This document shows, piece after piece, positions 27,335-36,618 of a DNA stretch of 63,845 nt; within the stretch, counting starts at the first letter, position 1; every line of letters begins with the position of its first letter. A model generated the notes under the pieces. The model was given only the letters and a program-made list of their open reading frames with translations, was not told the origin of the DNA and made no database searches. The DNA is taken from contig CAYOIL010000001.1 of NCBI GenBank assembly GCA_964403985.1, positions 1 to 63,845 of the forward strand, in the 5' to 3' direction. The stretch comes from an uncultured Saprospiraceae bacterium (GTDB taxonomy: Bacteria > Bacteroidota > Bacteroidia > Chitinophagales > Saprospiraceae). A program made the translations under genes and the position numbers.

Positions 27335-28395
27335 AATTCAATGTCTTTAACGATAGGTTTTGGTTTGTTTTTAGTTGCTGGATTTTCTGCATGATCTCTT
27401 AAGGATTCAATATATATATGCATTGCATCACATTGAGTTGATCTATACTCTGTTTCTTTAAATTGTTGAATATTTTTTCCGTGAAGATCCATTATCCATA
27501 CGTCCTGATCTATTACTTTCCTAGTGTACCAATTTAATCCTAGTTTCGCTACAGGCGTCATTAATCCAAATTTATAGGATATTAAAGTATAGACCATTGT
27601 ATCAAATTCACCTCTTGGTGTGCAGGTACTAGAAATAATAAAACCTCTTTCATTTTCTCCGAATATATAATCTACTCGAGTATTATTTGGCATATAAAAA
27701 TTGTCCGTATGCTTCATCGGCAAGTTCTTCGGATTTATTAAAAAATTAGAAAAACCGATGCTATCGTTTGGCTGATCGTATGTTACTAACACACTATCAT
27801 TTGTACGTTCCACTTTTGCTTCTATGTGAACTTGTTTACGATCTCTAAACCAGCCTTTATGTACAAAAACAGTATGAGGAACATCCATAAAGTTTTCAAC
27901 GAGATCTGTTACATTATTTTTAAAAGCCGTTTTCATATAATAATAGTTCCAACCATGTTCTTCCATAACGGGCATTAGAAATATTTCTCGAGAAGGGGTT
28001 TTATTTTCACCCATCCAAACCCAGATTAATCCATACTTCGACTCTATAGGAAAAGACTCTACTTTTTTATTAGGGATTCTTTCTACATATGGTCCTTCGC
28101 TTGGAATAGACGTGCATTGTCCTTCTTCATTATAAACCCATCCGTGATAAGGACAAACAATACATTTATCAATTATTTTACCTTTACTTAAAGGCGCATT
28201 TCTATGATTGCACCTGTCTAGTATAGCGGCGTATTCTCCATCTTCATTTAGCCATACTGCAATCGGAATATCAAAAACAATTCGTTGTAACGGTTTGTTT
28301 TTTTTGAATTCTTTTACCTCCCCGATAGCGTACCAATAATTTACTAGATCACCACTTTTTTCGTACATCTTTGTTCTAAAATTCGCTTGACTCAT
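27325..28395 (-). CDS. Rieske [2Fe-2S] non-heme iron oxygenase (PAO/KshA-like alpha subunit type)
   Basis: Rieske CNH-x16-CPYH (CNHRNAPLSKGKIIDKCIVCPYHGW) and a mononuclear iron motif ENFMDVPHTVFVH (E-x3-D-x2-H-x4-H). Confidence 0.88.
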   Translation of the reverse strand: MSQANFRTKMYEKSGDLVNYWYAIGEVKEFKKNKPLQRIVFDIPIAVWLNEDGEYAAILDRCNHRNAPLSKGKIIDKCIVCPYHGWVYNEEGQCTSIPSEGPYVERIPNKKVESFPIESKYGLIWVWMGENKTPSREIFLMPVMEEHGWNYYYMKTAFKNNVTDLVENFMDVPHTVFVHKGWFRDRKQVHIEAKVERTNDSVLVTYDQPNDSIGFSNFLINPKNLPMKHTDNFYMPNNTRVDYIFGENERGFIISSTCTPRGEFDTMVYTLISYKFGLMTPVAKLGLNWYTRKVIDQDVWIMDLHGKNIQQFKETEYRSTQCDAMHIYIESLRDHAENPATKNKPKPIVKDIEFWI

Positions 28396-31156
28396 TCTCT
28401 GATTTTTGAATAATAGAATAATATTTATTTAAATCTTGTAGGTCAATCCATTCTTCTTCTCCATTGAACCATTTAATATTAAGTTTAACTTCTTCTATTA
28501 AATTGTTTTGGGCTCCAAGCCCAAAAATTATTCTAGAGTCTTCCATTGCCATAAACCCATTGACTAATTTTTGTTCTTGATATTGTTGCATTTGTTTTCC
28601 GTTTTCCTTGTAATATAAAATTACTTGAGTGCCTACAGCATCAGTTGTTGTATTTTCCCCATTTCCTTTTATATCAAAGCCTAACCAATTCTTTCCAGAT
28701 ACATTATTTTTATAAAGAAAAGGTGATCCGAATTGATTGGTAATTAATAAGTCATCATCTCCATCATTATCAAAATCGGCTGCAACAATTCCTCTTGTAT
28801 TTGCTTCGTGATCGAAACCTAAAAGTTCTCCATAATCTTTAAAATAATTTCCATTATGATTTAGCATTAATCCATCTTTTTCGTCTTCATAAATGCACAT
28901 GCCTCTTATGTCTGCCCACTTATCAGCATAGCTATGAATTTCTGGTCCTGTCCTTGCAATTTGTGCTTGATAATACCAAAAATCCATTCTCTCGTCATAG
29001 ATCTTATCCCAAGAATCCCCCACCATTCCATTCGCTTGAATAATGTCTTTCCATCCATCTAAGTTTAAATCAGCAAAACTTGCTCCCCAGCCGAAACGCT
29101 TTGTATTTAATGCATTCAAGTTAGTAGCCGATTCCTTCATTTTTAATTTCTCTCCTTCTGAATAATTCATCCATAATAAACTTCCTTCTGCCTGCATCGC
29201 ATGATGTACATTGCTTACGTAAACATCTTCTTTTCCATTATTGTCTAAGTCACCAACACTAGAGTTCATTCCTTTATAAGTATCCATCCCCAAATCACCA
29301 TAGAATTTACCTTCAATTTTTTCGAACTTCTGTCCTTCTTTGTTTAAATAAATATCATCTGTGCCAAAATCATTTGAAACATAAATATCCGTATATCCAT
29401 CATCGTTGAAATCAGATGTACCAATTGATAATGTCCATCTCGTTTCTTTTAAAGTAGAAATTTCTGAAGGAACTTCTGAAAAGATATTTTCATCTCCTGT
29501 ATTTACAAAGAGTTGATTCATTCCACCATTATTAGCATTGTGCCAACTTTCATGCATAAAGTGAAACATTCTACGGTCTCCTTCATATTGTGGTTCCGGT
29601 AGATCAAAAATATTTAATGGTGTTGGGTTATTATAATCTGGCAAGTTTCTTAACAATGTATTTCCTAAAATAAAATCTAATTTTCCATCTTTATTATAGT
29701 CAAAAGCATTTGCTGACAAGCAAATTGTGTGACCTTCTAAAGCAGGAATTTTCTTTTCTTTAAATTCTAATTCACCAAGAGGAATTATAGTATTTTCAAA
29801 CAAGCGCGACTGTCCAAAACCGAATCCGACAAATAAATCTTTGTCCCCATCATTATCATAATCCATAAACATTGCAAAGCCAGGTAAACCATATGAAACA
29901 GGATCGTTTAGGTACTTTTCAAGATCGGGAATAGATCTTTTTTCAAAAGTAAAATCCCCAGTATTTATGTGTAGTTTTCCTCTCCACGCTGTTGATTTTA
30001 AGATTTGTGTCATAAATAGATCTTGGTCTCCATCTAAATCTATATCGGCTACCGCAGCAGCATCACCAACGGATATTACCCATTTTGCAACATGTGCAAC
30101 TCTCTTATCAACATCTTCAAGGACAGTACTTTTTTTATGAGATAATCCACTTATACTCTCATCTATTCTTTCCAGAGAAAAACCTTCAAGTATGGAATTT
30201 ATTCCTATAAATTGTGGTGTTTTAAAAGCATAAATAAATGGTAGAAAAAGCAGAAGAGCTACGACGTATCTAGGAATAATCTGTAAGCTGTTTTTTATCA
30301 TTTGGGGAAACCCATTTTTACTTAAATCAAGCCCAATAAAATATATATATCTTACCGCAGCAACCGTCATTCCTGCAAAAAAGAAAGTGTAATAACTTAA
30401 TTTCATATGGTAAATTAAATCCAATAAACCAATTGCACTTCCTGTAAATATTTGAGCCCATTTTCCTTTAGGACTTGTACCTGGATCAGTAATCATATAG
30501 AAAGTAAACAGATAAAAAGCAGGAGATGAAAGAGAGCTCATAAATAGCGTTTCCCAAGGAATAATATGCTCCATAATTTCTGCTCTGTAAATCGATTGAA
30601 GAGTAAAAACAAGGAGAAAACTTCCTATTAACCAGTTTCTGTTAATTTTAAAAACAAATAAAACTAAAGCACCTGTAACGACAAACCAGATCATCATAGA
30701 TGCAGTTGCTGCGCTACCATACCATTGATAACTAGGAGCTAAAGTAATGAGATCATCGGTAAATAAGATGCAAACAACGATTGCAAAAAGCGAAGGATTA
30801 AAATAATGTTTACCTTTTAATGTTATTAAATACTTAGAAATAATACAGATAAAAACAGGTATCCACAAATTGTGAAAAGCATAACTCCAGTTTAATATAA
30901 TCGCTAAGGAACAACAGGAAATCATAGCTGATAAAGGAAATACCTTACGCTTCTTGAATATACCATTTAGCACAACATCAAGTAAAGCACCAGCTCCAAT
31001 CAGTACAAATATTTGGACTGGTTTCCGGTCAAATCCTAAAAAGAAAATGCCTAAAAGCAAATAGAAAAATAACAATCCAAAAGCTCTCCATCTTACATCT
31101 TTAGCAGAAGGTAGTGCATATGAACCTGTCCAATTTTTTGGGTTAAAATTTATCAT
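28376..31156 (-). CDS. Fusion protein: N-terminal RnfD/NqrB-like polytopic membrane domain, seven FG-GAP/VCBS repeats and a C-terminal ASPIC/UnbV domain (CRTAC1-like)
   Basis: The first 310 aa or so are multi-TM and carry FYMITDPGTSPKGKWAQIFTGSAIGLL, resembling the FMATDPxTSP block of RnfD/NqrB. Seven Ca-binding-like DxDxDGxxD repeats follow (DIDLDGDQD, DYDNDGDKD, DYNKDGKLD, DFNDDGYTD, DLDNNGKED, DLNLDGWKD, DFDNDGDDD). The tail GTQVILYY...FGLG is UnbV-like. Confidence 0.7.
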   Translation of the reverse strand: MINFNPKNWTGSYALPSAKDVRWRAFGLLFFYLLLGIFFLGFDRKPVQIFVLIGAGALLDVVLNGIFKKRKVFPLSAMISCCSLAIILNWSYAFHNLWIPVFICIISKYLITLKGKHYFNPSLFAIVVCILFTDDLITLAPSYQWYGSAATASMMIWFVVTGALVLFVFKINRNWLIGSFLLVFTLQSIYRAEIMEHIIPWETLFMSSLSSPAFYLFTFYMITDPGTSPKGKWAQIFTGSAIGLLDLIYHMKLSYYTFFFAGMTVAAVRYIYFIGLDLSKNGFPQMIKNSLQIIPRYVVALLLFLPFIYAFKTPQFIGINSILEGFSLERIDESISGLSHKKSTVLEDVDKRVAHVAKWVISVGDAAAVADIDLDGDQDLFMTQILKSTAWRGKLHINTGDFTFEKRSIPDLEKYLNDPVSYGLPGFAMFMDYDNDGDKDLFVGFGFGQSRLFENTIIPLGELEFKEKKIPALEGHTICLSANAFDYNKDGKLDFILGNTLLRNLPDYNNPTPLNIFDLPEPQYEGDRRMFHFMHESWHNANNGGMNQLFVNTGDENIFSEVPSEISTLKETRWTLSIGTSDFNDDGYTDIYVSNDFGTDDIYLNKEGQKFEKIEGKFYGDLGMDTYKGMNSSVGDLDNNGKEDVYVSNVHHAMQAEGSLLWMNYSEGEKLKMKESATNLNALNTKRFGWGASFADLNLDGWKDIIQANGMVGDSWDKIYDERMDFWYYQAQIARTGPEIHSYADKWADIRGMCIYEDEKDGLMLNHNGNYFKDYGELLGFDHEANTRGIVAADFDNDGDDDLLITNQFGSPFLYKNNVSGKNWLGFDIKGNGENTTTDAVGTQVILYYKENGKQMQQYQEQKLVNGFMAMEDSRIIFGLGAQNNLIEEVKLNIKWFNGEEEWIDLQDLNKYYSIIQKSENESSEF

Positions 31157-31796
31157 AATTCAAGATGTATATGCTGAAGATAACAATTATTGCCAATATA
31201 AAAAGAAAATTGTTTCTCTTTGTTATTGAGTTTATCTTATCAAATTTTGGGTCATTGGAAGCAAACCAAATCGCTTTATCTCCCATAGTTTCCTTTCCTA
31301 CTAGTTTTCCGAATTCGAAGGCATAAAAGCTATCAGTTAATAGCGTTGTTGCCATTGTCAAAGCGTATATAATATAAAACCATGAAATTGATGATTTTGG
31401 GCTTAAAGCCCAAAAATTATAAGGCCCAAAAATCAGATATATCGTAAAACATAAAATTAGGGTTGCTGAAGAAATATTAAAGAATACTCCATGTTTAGTC
31501 CTCCAGTTTTTGGATATATACATCATATAAGATTGGATGATGGTACGGAATAAAATAATAGCAATTATCAATAATAGTAATTTACGCCAGGGTTGTTCAT
31601 GCCAATAAAGTATGAGAAAAGAAATCGGAAAAATACCGTAGAGATAAAGAGCATAACCAAGCCAAAATGTTTTTGGGATACTTATTTTACCTCCTATATT
31701 CCCAGACTTATTCTGTCCTTTACGGTAATTTAAAACAATTATTATCCACGCAATCGTAATGGCAATGACTATAGATAAAGAAAGTAAGTTGTTCAT
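31143..31796 (-). CDS. Polytopic membrane protein of unknown function (first gene of the five-gene operon)
   Basis: About six hydrophobic spans. The stop overlaps the next gene start by 14 nt. Confidence 0.55.
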   Translation of the reverse strand: MNNLLSLSIVIAITIAWIIIVLNYRKGQNKSGNIGGKISIPKTFWLGYALYLYGIFPISFLILYWHEQPWRKLLLLIIAIILFRTIIQSYMMYISKNWRTKHGVFFNISSATLILCFTIYLIFGPYNFWALSPKSSISWFYIIYALTMATTLLTDSFYAFEFGKLVGKETMGDKAIWFASNDPKFDKINSITKRNNFLFILAIIVIFSIYILNYDKF

Positions 31797-31802
31797 TTTT
31801 TA

Positions 31803-31810
31803 TACCTTTG
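31803..31810 (+). promoter_or_regulatory. Candidate Bacteroidota -7 promoter box TACCTTTG for the riboswitch-btuB transcript
   Basis: Matches TAnnTTTG and sits immediately upstream of the riboswitch P1 5' strand. It is only 7 nt from the divergent start codon at 31796. Confidence 0.35.
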
Positions 31811-31976
31811 AGGTGCATAAAAGTACACATTCAATCTCACAAATTGGATCGGAATCCGGTTAAAATCCGGAGCTGTCCCGCAGCTGTAAGTTTCACATAA
31901 GTTTATATCGTTCGCCACTGCGAAAGCGGGAAGGTGATATAAATGAAACAAGCCAGAAGACCTACTTTATGTGCTC
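31811..31976 (+). promoter_or_regulatory. Cobalamin (B12) riboswitch
   Basis: Conserved core GGTTAAAATCCGGAGCTGTCCCGCAGCTGTAAG, GCCACTGCGAAAGCGGGAAGG and the B12 box AGCCAGAAGACCT. P1 pairs GCATAAAAGTA with TACTTTATGTGC. The element is directly upstream of a TonB-dependent receptor. Confidence 0.88.
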
Positions 31977-32018
31977 AAAATGAGCGGACGTCAACTTTCG
32001 GTGTGAAAAGACAAGACA

Positions 32019-33842
32019 ATGAAGAAGATTATGCTATGCATAGCCATAGGGCTATTTTTTATGGGGGCTTATGCCCAAAGCGATTCATTGCTTATTGATA
32101 CAGTTGTTATCAATGGTGCACCATATAGTTCTTCTCATGTTTCAGAAATTTCTCCAACATCAACTACCGAAAGTTTAGCAACTAGCCTTCAGTCAAAAGA
32201 AGCTGTTTATATAAAGAATTATGGAGGAATGAGTTTGGCAACACTTTCCCTACGTGGAAGTAGCGCGTCTCAAACAGGAGTATATTGGAACAACCTTTCA
32301 ATAAGTAATAATATGCTTGGCTTGCTAGATCTTTCATTAATCCCTAGTGGGTTTAATGAAGAAACTAAGTTGGTTTATGGAAGTGAATCTACATCATATG
32401 GTAGTGGTAATATAGGAGGAGGAATATATCTGGAGAATAAACCCACCAGTAAATTTACTTTTTCAAGTAGTATTGGAAGCTTTAATAATTATTCAACAAC
32501 AGCAATTGTAGGAATTGATAGAAAAATAAAATCTTCACTAAAGGTAAATATTCAACGATTTAAAAATGATTATCCCTATAAATTATCTAATGGTGAAGAG
32601 CGAAAATTAATTAATGGAGACGGAGGGCAAGCACATTTGATGTATAACTCTTTTCTAAGTGTAGGAAAAAACAAATTTGGATTTAATTATTGGGGAAGCG
32701 TTGCAAGAAGAAATATTCCTTTTACAACGCGACAAACTAGTGGAAATGATTCAACTGCCGATAGTAATAATCGACTAAATTTTAACTTTAAAAGGGTTAA
32801 CAAAAAGTCAATTATTGAATTGAATTCTGGTTATTTTATTAATTCAAATCAATTTTTTCAAACGGATTTAATTAATACAAATGTTGTTCGATCATTCGAA
32901 AATAGACTTATCTATAAGCAAATATTTAATAAGTATCAATACACGTTGGGTTTAAATCAAAGTGTAGCAAATGCAGACTCGAAAAATTATACGAATACTC
33001 AACAACAATCTCGAATAGCAGTTTTTGGTCAAGCTTCATTGAGGACAAATCTTGTAAATATAGATATGAGATTTAGACAGGAAATGATTGATTTAAATGT
33101 TGTTCCTTTTATTCCTGAAATTTCTATTTCAAAAACGATTCTTAAATCATATACATTTGGAATAAAAGGAAATAGAGTCTACAGAAACCCAACACTTAAT
33201 GATTTGTTTTGGGTTCCAGGAGGCAACCCAGAATTGTTGGCTGAAATAGGATGGGCAGGAGAGGTTTTTAATTCAATAGAATGGGACAGTGATAAGTGGG
33301 GTTTGTTTTTCGGACTGACAGCATATAGCCGATTGGTTGATAATTGGATTCAATGGACGTTGACTGAAGGACAAGTTTTTTTCAGACCATTGAATGTGAA
33401 TAAAGTCTGGAGTAGAGGAGTTGAATTAAAAGCAAGATCTAGCTATATAATAAATGAGAAATGGAATTTAAATAATTCTTTATCCTATGGTTTTAATCGT
33501 TCAACATATCAAGAATCTTTATCCATTCCTATAGTAAATGCAGGAGATCAATTATTTTATACTCCTATTCATCAATTGAATAATGTTTTTGTTTTGTCAC
33601 ATAAAAGCACGGCATTATCTTATACGAATAGATATTTTAGCGAGTCAAGAGGTATTAGTGAAAACATTGGAAAATATGCAATAACTGATTTATTAATATC
33701 CCAACAAATTAATATAAAGAAGCACTATTTAAAACTAAGTTTTTCAATAAACAATATAACAAATACATCTTACCGAATAATTGAATTTCGACCAATGCCT
33801 GGCAGGAATTATTTATTAAACCTTACATACAAATTAAATTAA
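32019..33842 (+). CDS. btuB: TonB-dependent outer-membrane receptor, B12-riboswitch controlled (BtuB-like)
   Basis: Signal peptide, plug domain (VYIKNYGGMSLATLSLRGSSASQTGVYWNN), a long beta-barrel, and the riboswitch context. Confidence 0.85.
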   Translation: MKKIMLCIAIGLFFMGAYAQSDSLLIDTVVINGAPYSSSHVSEISPTSTTESLATSLQSKEAVYIKNYGGMSLATLSLRGSSASQTGVYWNNLSISNNMLGLLDLSLIPSGFNEETKLVYGSESTSYGSGNIGGGIYLENKPTSKFTFSSSIGSFNNYSTTAIVGIDRKIKSSLKVNIQRFKNDYPYKLSNGEERKLINGDGGQAHLMYNSFLSVGKNKFGFNYWGSVARRNIPFTTRQTSGNDSTADSNNRLNFNFKRVNKKSIIELNSGYFINSNQFFQTDLINTNVVRSFENRLIYKQIFNKYQYTLGLNQSVANADSKNYTNTQQQSRIAVFGQASLRTNLVNIDMRFRQEMIDLNVVPFIPEISISKTILKSYTFGIKGNRVYRNPTLNDLFWVPGGNPELLAEIGWAGEVFNSIEWDSDKWGLFFGLTAYSRLVDNWIQWTLTEGQVFFRPLNVNKVWSRGVELKARSSYIINEKWNLNNSLSYGFNRSTYQESLSIPIVNAGDQLFYTPIHQLNNVFVLSHKSTALSYTNRYFSESRGISENIGKYAITDLLISQQINIKKHYLKLSFSINNITNTSYRIIEFRPMPGRNYLLNLTYKLN

Positions 33843-34775
33843 ATGAAATTATTTTACACTTTTATTTTATCGATTTCTTTTCTTATTGTTAATGCTCAAA
33901 TTAGTTTTGAAACGTTTGGCTTAGAAATGGAAACATTTGACAACAATAGTGATATTGGGTTTTCTGAAGGAGATATAACGTTGCCTAATTCTTTTAATTC
34001 TACATATAGTTTTTTTACAGGTTTTGCTCTATCTACAATGACAGATACAATTACTGAAGGTTTTTTAAACCAATACAGTGTTATTTCTGGAGTAGGTGCA
34101 AATAATACGATGACTTATGCAATTGGATATTTAACTGCAGATAATAGTATATATGTAAATAATGGGTCTCTATTAGAAAGCTTGCAGATAAATAACACAA
34201 CATTTGCTGGATTAAGTATCCAAAATGGAGATGGATTTGCAAAAAAATTTGGTGGGGAAACAGGAGACGATCCGGACTTTTTCCTTTTAACTATGAAGTT
34301 TTATGATAATAATATTCCGACAGGAGATTCAATAGAATTCTATTTGGCAGATTATAGATTTGATGATAACGAGTTAGATTATATAATTAAAGACTGGACG
34401 ACAATTGATCTATCAGAAATAAATTCTTCTTATGACGAAATTAAATTGATTTTATCTTCCTCAGATATTGGTGCTTTTGGTATGAATACACCGGCATATA
34501 TAGCTATTGATGAATTACAGTTTTTACCTTCAAGTTCAATCGAAACAGTAGATGATAATATTCATATTTATCCTAATCCTGCTATAGATTTATTAAATGT
34601 AGAAGTAAATTCTATTTCTCATTTTTACCTTTTTAATTCTATTGGCGAATCTGTTCTTAATGGAGAATTAAGTGGTGAATCGAAAATAAACATTAGTCAC
34701 CTAATTAAAGGGGTATATTTTTTAAGAATTGAAAACGAAGATGGAAGGACTATTAAAACTATTATAAAGCAGTAA
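33843..34775 (+). CDS. DUF4465-like protein with a type A T9SS C-terminal sorting domain (candidate surface B12-capture accessory)
   Basis: The start abuts the btuB stop (TAAATG). The block FFTGFALSTMTD...NQYSVISGVGANNTMTYAIGY resembles DUF4465. The C-terminus HIYPNPAIDLLNV...GVYFLRIENEDG...IIKQ is a Por/T9SS tail. Confidence 0.6.
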   Translation: MKLFYTFILSISFLIVNAQISFETFGLEMETFDNNSDIGFSEGDITLPNSFNSTYSFFTGFALSTMTDTITEGFLNQYSVISGVGANNTMTYAIGYLTADNSIYVNNGSLLESLQINNTTFAGLSIQNGDGFAKKFGGETGDDPDFFLLTMKFYDNNIPTGDSIEFYLADYRFDDNELDYIIKDWTTIDLSEINSSYDEIKLILSSSDIGAFGMNTPAYIAIDELQFLPSSSIETVDDNIHIYPNPAIDLLNVEVNSISHFYLFNSIGESVLNGELSGESKINISHLIKGVYFLRIENEDGRTIKTIIKQ

Positions 34776-34815
34776 TGATAGGATAATTAAATTTAGTATC
34801 TTGTAAAGAAAAGTT

Positions 34816-35187
34816 ATGAAATTAGGTGCATTTTCAGTTAGTCTTTCAGTTAAAGACCTAACCGTTTCTAAGGATTTTTATAAAAAACTTGGCTTTATTG
34901 TTTTTGGTGGCGATATGGCTAAAAATTATTTAATCATGAAAAATGATACAACTTTAGTTGGATTGTTTCAAGGGATGTTTGAAGGTAATATATTAACGTT
35001 TAATCCTGGCTGGGATTCTGATGCTAAAGCATTAGATAATTATAGTGATGTAAGAGAAATTCAAAAACATTTAAAAACAGAAGGATTAAACTTTGTTTCT
35101 GAGGCAGATGAATCGACAAATGGTCCTGCTAGTTTTATTGTTGTTGATCCTGATGGAAATACTATAATGGTTGATCAACATGTATAA
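34816..35187 (+). CDS. VOC/glyoxalase-fold family protein
   Basis: 123 aa with a beta-alpha-beta-beta-beta pattern (SVKDLTVSKDFYKKLGF ... VVDPDGNTIMV). Confidence 0.7.
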   Translation: MKLGAFSVSLSVKDLTVSKDFYKKLGFIVFGGDMAKNYLIMKNDTTLVGLFQGMFEGNILTFNPGWDSDAKALDNYSDVREIQKHLKTEGLNFVSEADESTNGPASFIVVDPDGNTIMVDQHV

Positions 35188-35376
35188 TTTAAAATAGCCA
35201 TTTTAAGTACAAGAGTTGTAAATAGTCTAGGTTGTTTAGGAATAAATGGGATATAAAATGTTTATGCCATAATTCGTTATCGTTAAATATTGCAATTGGG
35301 TTTCGAAATCTAGACTCAGCTAGATCTTTTGATGGATTAAATGTAATCCTACATTAATTATTCTAATAAATGAATA

Positions 35377-36453
35377 TTAATGGTGAGATAAATACTTCTT
35401 AATTTCTCGTACTACTTTAAATCCACCTTGTCCATCTCCAAAAGATGAGCCATGATAACTAGGAATTTCAATTGAATGCACGGCAGTTTTAATTTTCTCC
35501 GTATTTGGTCCACAGACTATTGACCATCCTTGTTGGACGCTCTCGACCCATTCGGTTTGATTGTCAATAATGATACAATAGGTCTTGTGGAAATAGCTTT
35601 CCTTAATAATTCCACCCGAATCGGTTATGACGTAATCAGCGTGTTTGATGAGGCTTTGTGTATCGTAATAATTAATTGAATCAAGAAGACGAATGTGTTT
35701 CTTACATTTTTGGCTTAGGCCAAAAGTTTCCATAGCTTTTTTGGTTCGTGGATGTACCAGGAATATGACTTCGTGTTCCATAGAATTGAGCCCTTCAATT
35801 ACATGTTCTAGTAATGATTTGTCAGCTGTGGTTGCTGCACGATGGCATGTAGCAAGAATGAAGGTTTCAGGTAAAGAATATTTTTCAGAGATGATTTTTT
35901 TTGATGGAATTTTATTTTCGGTTAGTAAATCATAAGTAATATCTCCGGTGATATAGACTTTTTTATTCACTCCACTTTTTACTAGGTTTTCGGCTGCTGT
36001 TTGAGAAGGGCAAAAGAAAAGATCGCTTACGGAATCTGTGAGTAATTTATTTATTTCTTCTGGAATGCTTTTATTCCATTCACGCATTCCAGCTTCTACA
36101 TGAGCGAGAGGGATGTTTAATTTACTTGCCGTAATAGCAGCAGCAACAGTTGTGTTAGTATCACCAACTACGACCACCATATCGCAAGGGTGTTCTTCAA
36201 TGAAAGCATCAAATGCAATTAAAAATTCAGCGATAAAAACATTGTGTTTTTTGGATCCAATGTGAAAATTAACTACTGGTTCTTTCAAGCTGAGCTCTTG
36301 AAAAAACGCTCTACTCATATTTTCGTCATAATGTTGGCCACTATGGACTATTTCGTAATCAAGAGATCCGTCATCTTCTATTGCTCTTGCGAGTGCAGCA
36401 GCTTTCATGATTTGTGGACGAGCGCCGACAACGATATATAGTTTCTTTTTCAA
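35377..36453 (-). CDS. wecB: UDP-N-acetylglucosamine 2-epimerase (non-hydrolysing type)
   Basis: VVGARPQIMKAA, HSGQHYDENMS, VGDTNTT and HVEAGMR motifs. Confidence 0.88.
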   Translation of the reverse strand: MKKKLYIVVGARPQIMKAAALARAIEDDGSLDYEIVHSGQHYDENMSRAFFQELSLKEPVVNFHIGSKKHNVFIAEFLIAFDAFIEEHPCDMVVVVGDTNTTVAAAITASKLNIPLAHVEAGMREWNKSIPEEINKLLTDSVSDLFFCPSQTAAENLVKSGVNKKVYITGDITYDLLTENKIPSKKIISEKYSLPETFILATCHRAATTADKSLLEHVIEGLNSMEHEVIFLVHPRTKKAMETFGLSQKCKKHIRLLDSINYYDTQSLIKHADYVITDSGGIIKESYFHKTYCIIIDNQTEWVESVQQGWSIVCGPNTEKIKTAVHSIEIPSYHGSSFGDGQGGFKVVREIKKYLSHH

Positions 36454-36618
36454 ACGAGGAAAGATGTTTTAATAAAGAAACAAAGGTAGGGATTTTTGTT
36501 TGGTGAATTACCAGAGTGAGTTTGCTTGAAGAATTTAAAGAGTGGAATAAGGAAAGCGTGTTGATTTAAAATTTTTGATAGGAGAAAATGATGTCTTTTT
36601 AATAGCTAAATTTATAAT

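Noticed and set aside
35230-35345. Possible third, partial copy of the structured element (contains GCCATAATTCG)
   Set aside because: Only about 10 nt match the element terminus. The remainder does not align with either copy.
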